Shown here piece after piece: positions 1-14,015 of a DNA stretch of 64,000 bases. Within the stretch, counting starts at the first letter, position 1; every line of letters starts with the position of its first letter. The translations under genes and the position numbers were made by a program. The notes under the pieces were generated by a model. It was not told the origin of the DNA. It did not search any database and saw nothing but the letters and a program-made list of their open reading frames with translations. The stretch comes from Trichoplax adhaerens (taxonomy: Eukaryota; Animalia; Placozoa), in NCBI RefSeq assembly GCF_000150275.1, contig NW_002060953.1, positions 1,275,693-1,339,692 of the forward strand, written 5' to 3'.

Positions 1-344
1 GCTTCAGGTATTGATCAATATACACATTGAAAAGTTTATTCTAAGTTGAATTAAAGTAAATTGCAACATTAAATGCCTATAAATGCAACTATCGCCAAAA
101 TATTATATTCGGCTTAATGTGGATTTAAGCAGCTACGCCATTTCTTTAGGGTTGGTTCTTAGCCTTTTGATTTGTAAGAGTTACCGTTGCTGTTGCAAAA
201 ATATTGTACTTATCATCCAGAGCATCTAGCACTATCACGTAGCTTCCCAAATGAATAGAGAATAAGAAATAAATACACCGACCACAAATTCTTTGTATCC
301 TTTAAAAATTAAAACAAGTTGACGGAACAAATTTTATTAAGGTC

Positions 345-470
345 GTTATGTTCAATTAATTTCCATATTAGGGATTATTATTGGCTATTTCACCATTTTT
401 ACAATATTCTATGTTATGTTCAATTGATTTCCACGTTCAGGATTATTATTGGTTATGTTCATCATTTTAG
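345..470 (+). repeat. Local tandem duplication, period 68 bp, two diverged copies
   Basis: GTTATGTTCAATT(A/G)ATTTCCA...GGATTATTATTGG occurs at 345 and 413. Confidence 0.8.
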
Positions 471-1534
471 AGATAATTAATGTCGTGCGATTCTATTTTA
501 AAACATATTTACTGTTGCCGTGGTTTTTATTAACTTATCTTACAAATATAGAGTATTGATGTAATAAGGGTAATGGTATGAAAAGGAAATACGATAGAGA
601 AAAAAAGAGAGGAGACTTCGGCTTTTCTTAAATTTGAATAAGTCATACAACTGTTCGCTGGCAATATGTTATTTGTTTTTACTCGTTGGTAGCGTGAAAA
701 TTGAGGAGAATTATTTAAATTTAACTTACAGTCGTGACAACGTTGGCATCAGTTACTTTGTATCGTAAGTACCCTTTGGATAGGTGTTTTAATATAGCAT
801 GAAAAATCGTGTAATTGCTTAATATTATCATCATCATTTGCTAGTTGCTACGAACTAGGGTTAGAAATTGCAGTAAAATGAAAATTCTTGACATACTAGT
901 TTTAGTGTCTTATGAATCAACTTGATGACTTAGCTGTTGATGTGACAAACTAAATGATTCTGACTATAGTTAATGCTATTCGAAAAATTAACGGTATGAG
1001 CCTACTGTAATTTCTACCTTTTCGAAATCTATGTAAAGTATGACTTGTACTGTTGATAATTAGATAATCAATGATTATAGTAAACTACATTTCTCTAGAT
1101 AAATTCGAACGCTAAATGTATTGCAAAATCGACCGATTTATACATACAGCACGAAAAATTTTGTAGAAAAGCCGTTGTCAGTGCATCCTTGCTCAAGTTT
1201 TCTTATAAATGCTATGTTATGGTAGCTTTTCAAAAAAACTTCGTAGCAATTGGGTATTTCTTATTATCTTTAATTAAACAATTATTAATACTTCGACTTT
1301 AATCTAAAATGTAATATCCACAATTTTACTAACTGCAATATGCAAGCTTGTTTATAATTCAAAGTAATATCAATTGGTATTATTTATATCACTTAATTGA
1401 AAATTCTTCTATCTGTATGAATGTATGGATAAAGTAGAGATAAATTTTAAATCGAGTTTTGAACTGAAATTTTATCTGTTATTGAATGAAAGTTATTTGG
1501 TGAAATCGCTCTAGAAAATTAATATTTATATGGC

Positions 1535-1877
1535 TGTTTCAACCAAATTTTTATACAAAAATTGCTTCAAGCTGTAGTTAAATGCAGACTCACCAGTTTT
1601 CATTAGGATCAAATCTAGAACTCTCATTATTATATGAAGTAACTCAGTTATATCTTCAAACTACATTAGCGAGTAGCTACAGAACGTACACAAGGAACTT
1701 ATCTCCAATAAACAATATCAGCTCTCCTATATTCTTAGATTTATATTTTAATAGCTCTATACTCTACTTTACATCAGAGCATGCATATAACACGAGAGTA
1801 GCCACTATCAGAACACGATCTGACCTTTGAGCTTTCTTATTAGTTAAGTATCTAACTAATTCACTAGTACCGTGATA
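1535..1877 (-). mobile_element. Solo LTR-like element, 343 bp
   Basis: TGTTTCA...CCGTGATA ends flanked by exact 5-bp duplication ATGGC (1530-1534 / 1878-1882); minus-strand start TATCACGGTAC matches the 42392 element. Confidence 0.65.
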
Positions 1878-4314
1878 ATGGCATACTTATTTCTATTAAC
1901 ATTACTGATTTAAGTTCCTGAAGTCATTTATGTTTTTAGAAATTGTATACGCGGATATAATTTTATAACAGCCTTTCATCTACGTTTGAAGAAAAGTATG
2001 CTCTGGCGCTGAAAAAAGATATTTGGATGTTACGTTTAGTGAGATAACCATAAAATTTTATTCTAAAGATATTAAACAGATAAATATTAAAAGTATTAAT
2101 ATTTTATTTCTAAATTTAGCTAACCAAATGAAGCGGAATAAAAAGAACCTAACGTTTAAATTAATCGTTAAAGAATGAATGAGTTATTTTTTGTTGATTG
2201 ATAGAATTTACTTTGATGCCGGGGTTCTTCTATTCTCTGAATTACGAAATATATTAACGGTGTCTATGCGCCCGTGACCAATAAGATAAAATGGTAAATT
2301 TTTAATTCTGTCCTCTTTATTGTATAAGTTTTGTACTTAACTCACATTGGGGTAATGGTACGTTATAAAGGGGGTACAGCAATGGATCTATTAAAGTTCA
2401 ATTTAAGTATGAACTGTTCTATATAGGGTTATTTATTCAAAATTAAGTGAACGGCTAGAAAAGCTACCGGAAGTTGATTACTAATTACATTTAGTCAATT
2501 ATTTGTTGAACAAGCTGACATATAGACCATTTAATAGTACCTCTAACGTCGCATTTCAGATCGGATTTATAACCGAAATGATTTTAGTAATCCTATATTT
2601 CGCTCTTTTGTTCTCTAGCACGTATCAAATATTAATCTCTTCTCGACGCTTCATTTCTGTACAATTTTTCAATGCTTATTTCTTTCTGATTGTTTGTTCA
2701 CGTTGTTCTTCAAGTAAGAGGATTTTAACGAGGAGCCTTTTCCGATAAGGAGTTAAGGACGCTCTAAGTTTTAGCGGTATTTTCAAGATGACTTTCTTAA
2801 CGAATCGATCCTTAATTTTGGATAATATTTATTTTATAAACTAGAGATTGATGAAATCCTGAATTATCTAGAATAAGGCTAAAATGATGAACTAGATTGC
2901 TTATAAGAATGAGTCAATAAAGCCATTTTTCACTGTGGATTATTTATCAACTTGGTAGTCTTACGAAGACTTAGACTATCGGCTTGAAAGTAAGACAATG
3001 CGAATTTACTATGGCATCACCATGAATCGTCAAATGACGTTTACCCCACTATTCTTCTCCTTATTATTTTAATAAGTTGATCATTTCAGATCAAGAATTG
3101 ATAATTGTATCAAATGATTCGTAGAATGCAACAGAAACAGAACTAAACCGAAGGATATCGACTAGAAAAGTGCCTTTATCAAGTAGCTCTTTGTCGGTGA
3201 CGTAATTATGCCCAGTTGACGACATCTATTATAAGAGGTTATTTAGAGTTCAAAACGATATTGAATTGGTTACTTCTCGATAGTCTTGTGACCGTATATC
3301 ATTGATGTTTCATACTTGTGCAAAATAGAAAATAGTACTCAGAAAATCTTATTTAACTAAAAGCAAGTTTAAAATGAAACATCTGCCATAAAAGATATAA
3401 TACTGATACGAAGTAAATATAAATTTGCATAGCAAATGAACTGAAACAGTTATAATTTAAGTTAGTTAAGAGTAAATCTAGTCTTTCAGTCAAGCTTTAT
3501 GGCTTGAACAGGAAAATTAGTGCATAAAAAAGCAATTTAATTTATCTATAGAATGTCAATACGTTACTAATGAAGGAAATAGGTGGAAAACATGAGTTGT
3601 TATGATAGTTAACAATTGAAAGGCTTGTATTGATATCATTGTAGGTCATCAAGGATCGGTAAATCAATTTTTAATGTCTATTTTTTAGGATTAGGCTGTT
3701 CATTCCCTTGTCAAGTTATGTTAAGAGCTGAACAATAATTATCATGGGCTAAGATTAACATTTTATCATGGTCTACATAAGTAAGATAATTGAATAATTG
3801 ATGCTGATAGTTTTTTTCGTCGACAATCTTTGATCTATTGTTGATTCTGTTTGTCTGTCATTCAATAATAGTGAATGAAACTAACGTGGATAATAAAGAG
3901 TACGAATTGAAATTCATTTATTCATATTTTAAGTCGTAATATTATTCTATTTTACAGGAGGGTGGTTGACTGCTTTGTCCTTTTATTGACGAATCTGTAA
4001 ATCTATACTATTAAAAGTATCTGCCTTAGGTAAAATTGCTTTACCCTTTCTCTACCTATTGTTATAGAAAACATTAATTAGAACAATTCAAATGTTATTT
4101 GAATAGCTTATATCATCGTTATAGCAGTAGGCCTTTAGTGCTTTCCTTCACTTAATGAAATTACAACGTCCTAGTAAGATTATGTTAATCTAAAGAGTTA
4201 GTAGTTTTCTGATTATTGATCAAAGAGTTATTTTGTCATCTTAGTTCTCACCAAAATAATCGAGATCTCAACGAGTATTTTAAAACTCTGACTGAATTCA
4301 CGTTCTGATTCATT

Positions 4315-5442
4315 ATGAATGCAACGAATGTAACAAGACCGACTGGTCCACTGACATTACCAATAGTTTTACGTCGAATCATAATTTACAGTATTATAGT
4401 TGCTATCACCGTTGGTACTAATTCGCTCGTTATTTATATTATTGCTACAAAGAAGAGATTAAGAACGGTCTCCAATGGCCTGATGATTAGTATGTTTGTC
4501 ACAGGAATTTTATTTGCTGTCTTGTATATTTTACCTCGATGGATTTATCCGTATTGGACTCATTCACCATTTTTATGCTCGATGCTACCCTACACTGGGG
4601 TTTGCTTAATTGTATGTTCTAATCTCCATCAATGTGCCATCAGTTTGGATCGATTTTTACGTGTTTCATTGCCATTCTCTTATAATAATGTTGCTAGAAA
4701 ACGCTATGCTATCGTCGTTATTGCTATTATTGTTATAATTTCTGTTATATCTGGGTTTTTCCTAAATATTTTTTACGGTTTCTATCATGGCGATGTTTGC
4801 TACGTTGTTTTTACACAAAGAGAAATTTTCATTTATCGTATCTATTTGATCGTCGTTTATGCATCGTTATTCTTTGCACCATTAGCTGTCATTTTTGCAA
4901 CTTATATTAGAATATTTATTATTATAAATTCGAAATCAAGGCAAGAATTATATTACAAGCGCAGCCGACAACCACGTTCGACATTACAGAAAAATTTAAA
5001 AGCAGCTAAACAAGTAGCTATGATGACGGGCGTTTATTCTCTTTGTTGGTTTCCTTTTATGATACTAACTTTTGTTTCAGCGATAGCTGTTTTTAGTGGT
5101 AGCGCTTCCCAGACAGCCACAACACTTCTTGAAGCTTTTCAATATCTAGCTTTTAGCTACCATGCTATAAATCCGCTCCTTTATGCCTTTATAACAGCTA
5201 GCGTAAATCAAGCATTAACGAATTACTTCAGGCAAATTTGTAACTTGCCTGCTTCAGATCAACGTGATTCAAGATCTTATTCCACTCGATCTTCTTTTAT
5301 ACGTTCCAATAGTATGGATTTAGCTAGTCAAACAAAACTTCGTTCTAATGGTCAGGTCAAGAAATCATCTTCGAGTCATCAGCTATTTGAACAAAATCAA
5401 GATCAAGTTTCTAATGAAAAGCAAGAAATTGAAATGCTTTAG
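4315..5442 (+). CDS. Class A (rhodopsin-like) orphan GPCR 1, 375 aa, intronless coding region
   Basis: Seven hydrophobic segments; N-terminal N-glycosylation sequons (NAT, NVT); TM3 C...SNLHQCAISLDRF, TM6 CWFPF, TM7 NPLLY; Ser-rich C-tail. Confidence 0.95.
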   Translation: MNATNVTRPTGPLTLPIVLRRIIIYSIIVAITVGTNSLVIYIIATKKRLRTVSNGLMISMFVTGILFAVLYILPRWIYPYWTHSPFLCSMLPYTGVCLIVCSNLHQCAISLDRFLRVSLPFSYNNVARKRYAIVVIAIIVIISVISGFFLNIFYGFYHGDVCYVVFTQREIFIYRIYLIVVYASLFFAPLAVIFATYIRIFIIINSKSRQELYYKRSRQPRSTLQKNLKAAKQVAMMTGVYSLCWFPFMILTFVSAIAVFSGSASQTATTLLEAFQYLAFSYHAINPLLYAFITASVNQALTNYFRQICNLPASDQRDSRSYSTRSSFIRSNSMDLASQTKLRSNGQVKKSSSSHQLFEQNQDQVSNEKQEIEML

Positions 5443-8400
5443 TACATTATTATACAAAGATGCGATATATTGACTCTCAATAATTCAAAAACCGTATTAA
5501 AAGCATTACGTTATTATTATTGGAATCATCGTTCTGTGAACTTTTAACTCCTTTGTTAGTATTAACCGGAATAAGGGTCATGAATAAACAAAATAGCAAA
5601 GTCAAGACATTTTTCATGGTGCAGTAAATTTCTATCATTGTCCGTTAAGATTTCGTAATCGCAGCAAAAGGTGTCATGACCTAGAAAGTGCCTGTCTTTA
5701 CTAGCTATACTTCTTGAGGATGCTTTTTCGCATTAAAATATTCCACCGTATATATTTTAGATTATTCTAAGACGTGGTCAATTTATCAACTGTAATTTTC
5801 CTACTTCAATTTACTTGTATTTATGATTGCATGAGTGAAATCTTACTGCTTTAACCTTCATCCATGTATTATGCAACTACCTTCGGATAACTTTAATTTT
5901 GTAATATGATTGCAAATACAGTATAGTTAAGCACTACAATTTTTCATAGTATTGCCTTTTCGTATAATATTTAATCATGATTGGCTCATTACTGCTATGG
6001 CTTGATCATATTCTTTAAAACTTTTGCCTTTGTATACGGCATCAACTTCCAGTAAGATTTTATTTCTGTTCTGTTGTCGCACATTTCTGATGCATTCGAA
6101 AACTATATTTTATTGCAATCCAAAGTGTTCTAGGCCAGACTTTAAGGTATTAAAGAACTTCACTATTATGTCATGCAAATATATATACATGTACTTGTGA
6201 AATACATGAGAGTATCTTGTTTCATAGTTCAAATTATGGCGTTGCTTTAGGTCATCGAATTCTAAGATTATTGTTGTAATTGGATGTATCTAAGATGTTA
6301 ATCGCACATATTCTATTCATTAAATATTTACGATCCAAGCTAGCTATTAGTTTAATTAGATTAATTATTAGGTTATCGCGAATAAGCTAACGCTATTCAT
6401 TTTGATATAAAATTCATATTGTGATCTTCAATCTACCCAGCCTTATAAAAAGAATTTGGAAGCAGCTAGAAATGGGTAATCATTTGAGAACATGAGTTTA
6501 TTTCGATGTCATAAACAACCAGTACTGTTGATAATGATCAAGTTAAAATAATAGTCCAAGTTCAGCTAAAGGTAGATGTTTATTCTATGTCATAGCTTCT
6601 CTACTACCATACAAATTGTTTGATTTTAGTTGAATAGTTGGTAAATTTATCAGAATCTCGATTATAATTACAATTGTACCTTATACACTATATTTAAAGA
6701 CTATAAAAGGTTGTAAGAAAATATACTTTGCTAGTGCTCGTAAAGTATTAGTCAAAATAAAACCAGTAAATCCTAATTCGTGTTGACTATAATTAATCAA
6801 AGAAGTTTTCGATCAATATTTTTACTATTTAATATAGATTTCAATCATTATGTAGCATTTTAAAACTTGATAAGAGTTTTTGGCATCTTTTATGGTAAAG
6901 GTATGCTATTAAGATTTGCTAGAAATGGGGGCATTTTTCATTTCACAGATTGCTACTCATTCTATGAATACTGAAGAGGTGAACGTACAGTTATGATCTT
7001 AACCCACTAGTAAAAGGAAGATAAAACTATCGCATATGCATACCGTTACTATACATTATAATTTAAATTATTACCATAGTAATGGTAATAGACTATCATA
7101 AATCTAATTTTCGTTAATTTAATTGCTTATTTATCACTCTTTTGCAAGATTTTCTCAAACTAATTATGGTCGTATAATTTTAAATATTTCACTTCATTAC
7201 GGATTTTTACCGACATTACGATACTGTTAAAGTATCTACCACCATGATAGCACGATAGTAGGCGCACTCTATTTCGTAAATAGTAATTTCTATAGCTTTC
7301 TTATGATTAATGATACAATTAATAAACCTTCAATTAAATCATTATATCATAATGATTACACCTATTGGGTGTGTTGTATGTAAATAGCTTTGTCCTGGCC
7401 GTTCCTATTCCCTAATATACAATGTACTCAAAATTTGCTTAGCTAATTACGTCTATCGAAAATCATAAACATCGTTGCAAAATTAATCATTTATGAATTT
7501 TGTAGCTAAATTGTAACAAAGATAACATGAAATTGAGTTTCTAGTTTGATGCAGTCATAAAAAATTGAGAACATGGCAGCACTACTTTTCTAATTTAATG
7601 ATTAATGTTGCTCAAAAGAATTGCTTATTATCATGTGAAGTTACATAAAAGCTATGTTTTTTTTGGGAAACAATCAAAGACTGTCCGATGATTACTTCAA
7701 AGACATAGTTTATGCAAATTTCTTTTCGAAAGTTCAGTTATTAATCATAAAATGCAAGACACCATTAGTTCCTGAGTTTTTTAGGGTGCCAAAGGATCCT
7801 CTATCAATTTTGCGAGAAATTTTTTAATTATTGTTAATTACTTATTCGTTCTGTTTCAATGTCTTTCTGCATTAATAGTGACAATTGACTTAGCTACATC
7901 TTTAATAATTAATTGCAATAACTAAGTATTATGTGATTCTAATAACTAGATGATGCAGCTATTTGATTTTCTACTTTTATGATAGACTGTATCAGGTGAA
8001 AAGCTAGATATTTTCCTTACCAGGAAATAAAGAATTACTTTGAAATATAATAATGGAGTAAAATTATAATAATACTAAGCAATAATTTTATGATATATTT
8101 TAGTCATTTTTTGAATATCAAACACTACATAGCTAATTCAAAAATGATGAGTTATTACAGCTTTTATAAGGCACTACAGATATACAATCAACCATCAAAA
8201 TCCTTCTAATTTCAAATATATGGTTTGCCTATGCATGAATACATGTCCATTGCGTTTCTGCTTAGTAGTCGATTCAACATTCTTGCTATCGCTTACATTT
8301 ACTATCATAAATATATACTTTATTAAAAATTAGAAAACAGTTACTACGTGCTAACTGCAATTTTTAAGCACCCTACCTCAAATAATACATATATACAGTC

Positions 8401-10241
8401 GTAGTCATTTTCAGCATGTCTACAATTTAAAATACGGAGCTCTTGATATAGCTACAAAAATCGCTATTAATTGCAAATAGATCATTTCATAAAGTAAGAA
8501 AGTAAAGTTTAGAGGATAATGGACATATGAAGATAGAAATAATAGGTAAAACTATGCATACGCAATGATAGCATCAAAGTAAAAGCCTTACCTAATATAA
8601 TAAACAATAGAGATTACAGAAAAGCTTCGAACCCAAGCTTTTTCCTCGATCGGATTAAAAGACAATTTAACAAATTAACAAATTGAATGAAGGGAAATCA
8701 GGACTTAAATATTCTAGTACTACAGTATATAAAAAGACTATCCTTAATAAGATCGAAGGGATAGCAATAATAATTATAGAAATCGGCTCTCTAAGCCTAT
8801 ATCATAGAAAAAAAGTTATCAGTAGGCTACAACATCGCGTATAATAAAGTAGCATGGTTTTTATTCGTGGTAAACTGATGAATTTATAGTGATCAAATTA
8901 GAGATTTTGCGCTGCAAGATTAGTTTGATCTTCTTTTTCAATTACGGTATATTGTTATTTTTGGAATAGAATTCTCAAATAGCAGTATAATCATAATCTT
9001 GCTAATCCGTTGCAATCTCTGAGGTACCCTGTCGCTTGAATGTACTGTTCCTAAAAGTATAACGTTCGTATATCGATTAAATTACAGGTTTATTTGTTTA
9101 CGTTACGTCTATCTCTAAGGCTAAGTCAATCCTCAAAGAAAAACAATCCATGTCTTTTTGTTATTGTCCTAGTTTAGCTACAATTGTTTTATTTATATCA
9201 TACGATATTAAACAATTGTAGCTTGTTTATGATAATGCTGGTCATATGGAAATGCATCGACGTCATCATCGCGGTAACATGATGGCTAATAATTAAAATT
9301 TATATCGAAACGTTCACTATTCTGAAAGCTAATAAGGTTATATTTAGGAAGTATAAAAGAACTATATAAACCATTAACAGCATTTTAGCAGTTGTTATAC
9401 AGCCATGTACCTGTATTATTAAAAATTATAATGCTATTTATAACACTTATTGCAAAAATGAGGTTACTGAAGAAACTTTGCTGCCTTAGTTATAAAGTAA
9501 AGAAGACTTCATGATGTATAGCATATATATAGTAGTACATAGAACTCACAATTGCATTCTGGTACATTGTTGGATTACCGCACATATAGCCGAAAGGTCC
9601 TATTTGCTGTAATAAAGTTCATATATTTATTGACAATTTCGATAGATGATACTTTACCTCGATTATTATTTTAGATAAGTTATTGCATCAAAATATATTT
9701 CGGAATGATTGCTATTATAGATAGTAATAGGATGACTAGAACTTAGATCAAAATTGTTGATTTCGACTAGTATTGTGCTTAAATAAAACTACTACGAATA
9801 GCAAGTTAGAAATTCTTGCTATTAGAACCGTTATGTTATATTACTGAATTGTTTAGCTAAGAAATTTATCTGGCTATTGTATATACGTAACCTTGTATTC
9901 ATGTAAGATTTATGTCCTAAATAACACCATACAGCCATCCTACTTTTAATTAAAAATAGAATGTAAAATTTTGCTAACTTAATAACCTTTTTGATCACAA
10001 GATAGATACCTGTTTTTATTATATTAAGATAATAAATAAAATTATAATATTTCTTTCTCATTAGGAATTATTGTCGAGTAACATTAACATAGCTGCCTTA
10101 ACATAGTTATCATAAAATTACTTATCTAAGAATGGGTTAATACCAATTTATCTATGACGTTTGGCATATTCAATTGTTATGGTATGAACTACCATGAAAT
10201 ATTAGCTGGCTAAATTCTGCAAAAGCAATCTTATATGTGGA

Positions 10242-10828
10242 TGTTATGGTTTAAGATAGTAAATGAGATAATGTAATTGACTTAGAATTAGACCGTTGTG
10301 AATGAAATGGTAAAATTGTAATATTCAACCGATAATGGATTTCTATTAACGACTGTGTAGATTTAGATCAAGTACTGTGCAAAATACGTGTAATAATCAA
10401 AATGGTGTTGCCACTTTTTTATACAATCTGTTAGGCACTAAGCGGATTGATGTTTGCACATAAAATCTTATGAACATATATATGTGCTGTAGAATAATTA
10501 ATAAAATTACTTATATATAGAAAAAGACTATATTACGGTATATGAAATAATTAATAGATTGTATACGTGGAGTTTGCCACAAGTATATAAGGAAGCACAT
10601 TTGTACTTAAAAAGGTAGGAAAATAATTTAAACTGTGAGGGACAATTGAATAAAGATAGCTTTGTTATATATCACCTAGTAAATTTCAAGACTGACTCTT
10701 CTTGTAGACTAAGGCCCTTCGCCAAGGTGGTGAAAGTAGTGATGCTTGATAGCAGATTTACAATACGGTCGAAGGTTTCACCGGTAATCATACAAGAAGG
10801 ATTTATTTTAATAAAGAAATTTGTGACA
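10242..10828 (+). mobile_element. Solo LTR-like element, 587 bp
   Basis: TGTTATGG...TGTGACA with exact TSD GTGGA; internal AATAAA; shares the motif GCYAAGGTGGTG with the 12008 element. Confidence 0.8.
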
Positions 10829-11309
10829 GTGGATCGTTATGAATTAATTATAGCAGAAATTACAAATTAGATGGGCTAGAATAAGTTATTTGTTGCACTG
10901 TAACCGAAATTCTTGTATTGTAATTGATAACAGTACAAGCTCTTGCGGTTGTAATTATTACTAATAGCAGATCGTAGGTGTACTAAACGATTCTGTTAAC
11001 GGGTATACTGTAGCCTGACTGCTTAAAATTAGTCAATAGATGTCCATATTGATCAGTACTGTTGTAAGATGATTCATCATTGCTAGCAGCTGCTTAAGAG
11101 CATATAAGCTTCACAAGTTGCTCGATAATCGGTTCTCTAGTTTTACTTAACGTAAAATTCGCAAAGGTACAAATTTCTGCGAGTTTATGGAAGTTGACCC
11201 CTACGTTAATTTTTCATAAAGCTGGCATATGACATAGATAAGTACGTAGTTTTAAAAATAGTATCTGAGTACTTATAAATAATATTATTGTCATTGCACT
11301 ATAAAGTGG

Positions 11310-11938
11310 TGTCATAAAACAGCTTAGCAACAAAATAACGTAATGTTCGATCGATAGTCAATTCTTTGAACTATGTATCAAGGAACGATATTAGCACTAT
11401 CAGGAACATTTTTTGCCCTACTAACAGACTACATAAAGACTTAGACGCCTTCTATTTCTTTTTAAATATTAAGTTTAAGAATTAACTATATTACCCGATA
11501 TATTGCGTTTATATACTCTTCCTCAGTACCTCAAGAGTCACATTCAGTATGATTAACTTTGGAATCATTCACTGAGTTAGACATTGATTTTAGCTACTGC
11601 TCCCTAATACAGACAACAGTATTTGCCAACATAGACGTCTGATGGCTAATACAGAATAGTCAGATTACGATATTTCCTATCACAGAACATTTCCACGATA
11701 ATTTACAATGTACCATAAGTAAGTTACAATCACAACCATTCGAACTGTAAGTAGATAATTCGCATTCCCTAATATAAATATTAATTTTAGTATATGTATA
11801 TATGTCAATGTCACGTAAAGCTAGTGCTGTATTAAAACACTGTATATCCAAATTAGAAGTTAAGTAAATAATGATAAGCTAAAAGAATTATCCTAACATA
11901 GATATTTCTATTCTAATACAGTATATAAGACTATTACA
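11310..11938 (-). mobile_element. Solo LTR-like element, family A (older copy)
   Basis: Aligns over its whole length with 34239-34867 and, inverted, with 57119-57742; ends TGTCATA...TATTACA; TSD decayed. Confidence 0.8.
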
Positions 11939-12007
11939 ACTAGCTAACCTTATGATAAAGTTTAAATTTAGCTTTATTTAAGAGAAATCATTTATATTAC
12001 TATGCCT

Positions 12008-12585
12008 TGTGACGATGGGAGATTGTCAGAACAGGAGCACTAGCCATGTTATAGGCAGATATTTCTTAGCCATAACCATAAACCTAAGGCAGGATAAACC
12101 TGATACTAAACTTACGGTGCTAGATTTTAAGTAGAAGTTTTAATTTTTCCTCGATAAGACCAGATATACATCAGTTATGCATGTAATAGAAGTGGATTAA
12201 TAAGGTAACTTTTGGTTGCTAATTGTATAGTAACTGTATGTATAGTTTTATGAATATTAGGGTTAGTAAGCATATGATAAATCTCTTGTAGGAACATTAA
12301 CTAAGGTGATTATTAATATTTATGATGTTAAGTGTCTGTAGAGAAGTGGCGTTAAGTCGCCTTAAAGTTGATACTAAGTTGTTCGTATGTCTAATAAATT
12401 AGTGAGCATATGATGGTACGGTCAGCTGGAGTTCTTGCTAAGGTGGTGTAAGTAAGTGTTACAGTCGCGTATTGTGTGAAAAGTGAGATTGGGGTTTTGC
12501 TTATAATTAGAGGCTGACCCGAAATTCAGACTCATAATACGTATAACCTAATCTAGAATCTAAGGTAATAGTGTGAGCTATTACA
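12008..12585 (+). mobile_element. Solo LTR-like element, 578 bp
   Basis: TGTGACG...TATTACA flanked by ATGCCT/GTGCCT (6 bp, one mismatch); internal AATAAA. Confidence 0.65.
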
Positions 12586-12922
12586 GTGCCTATAGCTGGC
12601 TGAAAATGCAATTTATAGTTTTCATGCTTACTATAATATTACATCGGCGAAAATAGCGCTAAACAATGTACGTATCAGGAACTCGTAGACAATAAGGATT
12701 TCAAAAATTTTTGATTTGCATTCTAGTAGTAATTGAAGAACAACCTTCTAGCTGAGATTTCACTTAAAGTTTTGGTTATGTATTACCTTGGTGAGAAGAA
12801 TAACTTAGTAATAGATTACTGTCTTGTAGACGTGAGCCATGTCAATTACGAATTTTTATTAGCTGATGCTGATTCTAGTTGTTTAATTAATAGTTTGTGT
12901 TATTGTTATGATTTTATGTATG

Positions 12923-13509
12923 TGTTACGGTGCCATGCTCCGAAATATTAATTGTTACGGTAATTAATATATCTCATTTAAATTATTGTTTGCTCCAGTA
13001 GCTTATTAGATATTAATGTTTATTAATAAGCACTTGTTATTGCCAAGGTATCAGAAAGTTAAATATTGCGACGTGTCAGAGCTAACACGCTTAGTCTGTA
13101 AACGTTAATTAATAACACCTTAGGTGTAAGAGCCTTGAGGCTCTAGTTGCTATATTAGGATATGTATACTGTACAGTGCAAGCCACTATTTCAAGAATAT
13201 TCACAAGTGTACCATCGGCGAGACTACAAAAAGCGGAGCTATAGATTAGCTTCTCAGTTCCAGTTAGTCATTTGCAGGATCTCTTGACTATTTTTTCCAA
13301 GAAAATTCTTACGTTTTTCTTTAGTACATTTTACGACTAAGGTTAACGAAAATAAAGTAAAGTATTTAAACCTATTACTCAATAGTAGCTTTTTTGTGTA
13401 GCTCAGAGTTAGTTCAACTACGACGGGTCTCTAAGTTAGTTGGGAACACAAGTACTAGTGAAGATAGTGTTTAAGACCCGGTTTCTTGTTACAAAGGAGA
13501 TTTGTAACA
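12923..13509 (+). mobile_element. Solo LTR-like element, 587 bp
   Basis: TGTTACGG...TGTAACA with exact TSD GTATG; TCAGT at 13254 and AATAAA at 13351. Confidence 0.85.
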
Positions 13510-13632
13510 GTATGGTTCTATTCATATGTAAGAAGAAATGCAGTGAACATACAATTATTAGCATCGCTAACTGTAAGATTCATACTGTACTCGTATTTAT
13601 CTATGAAAAAGTGTCATCTCAAAAATATAACA

Positions 13633-14015
13633 TGAACTATAGTTTCTTGTAAACTTCACTTTATTCCTTAAGATTAGGTTTGTTTTACAACTACCGAGGA
13701 CTATTTAACCGCTGTTGGCTGTCTCTGAACTATCCAAATGATTACATTACAATTCATAATTAATTTAGAATTAGTTACGAAATCATTTTCATTTAAATAC
13801 AATTATTTACTATCGCACTATCAATTTATAATTCGCGCTTCTAATTAAAGCGTCATAATACAAATTTCACAGTACCAACATACTGAGCGCAATCTATTAT
13901 TATCTCAGTATCTTAAAATAAGTATCTCAATACAGTTGCTGCAATACGTACTATAAACTTCTTATACATTTACGCAGTTGTGAAATCTTACAATCTAGCG
14001 TGCAATTTATCTTTT
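13633..14015 (+). repeat. Old dispersed repeat fragment shared with about 47553-47765 and 49978-50190
   Basis: Shared blocks GAACTA(T/C)AGTTTCTTGTAAACTTCACTT and TATCTCAATA...CAATACGTACTATAA. Confidence 0.65.

Noticed and set aside
8465-8834. Possible further solo LTR (TATT...CAACA, TCGC flanks, TATATAAAA)
   Set aside because: Only a 4-bp flank match, degenerate 5' end, and no second copy in the window.
11660-11851. Repeated short ORFs (11660/34589, 16983/28787, 57355, 26843) that look like small gene families
   Set aside because: They lie inside repeated LTR-like or hairpin elements; the similarity reflects the repeat, and several have non-ATG starts.
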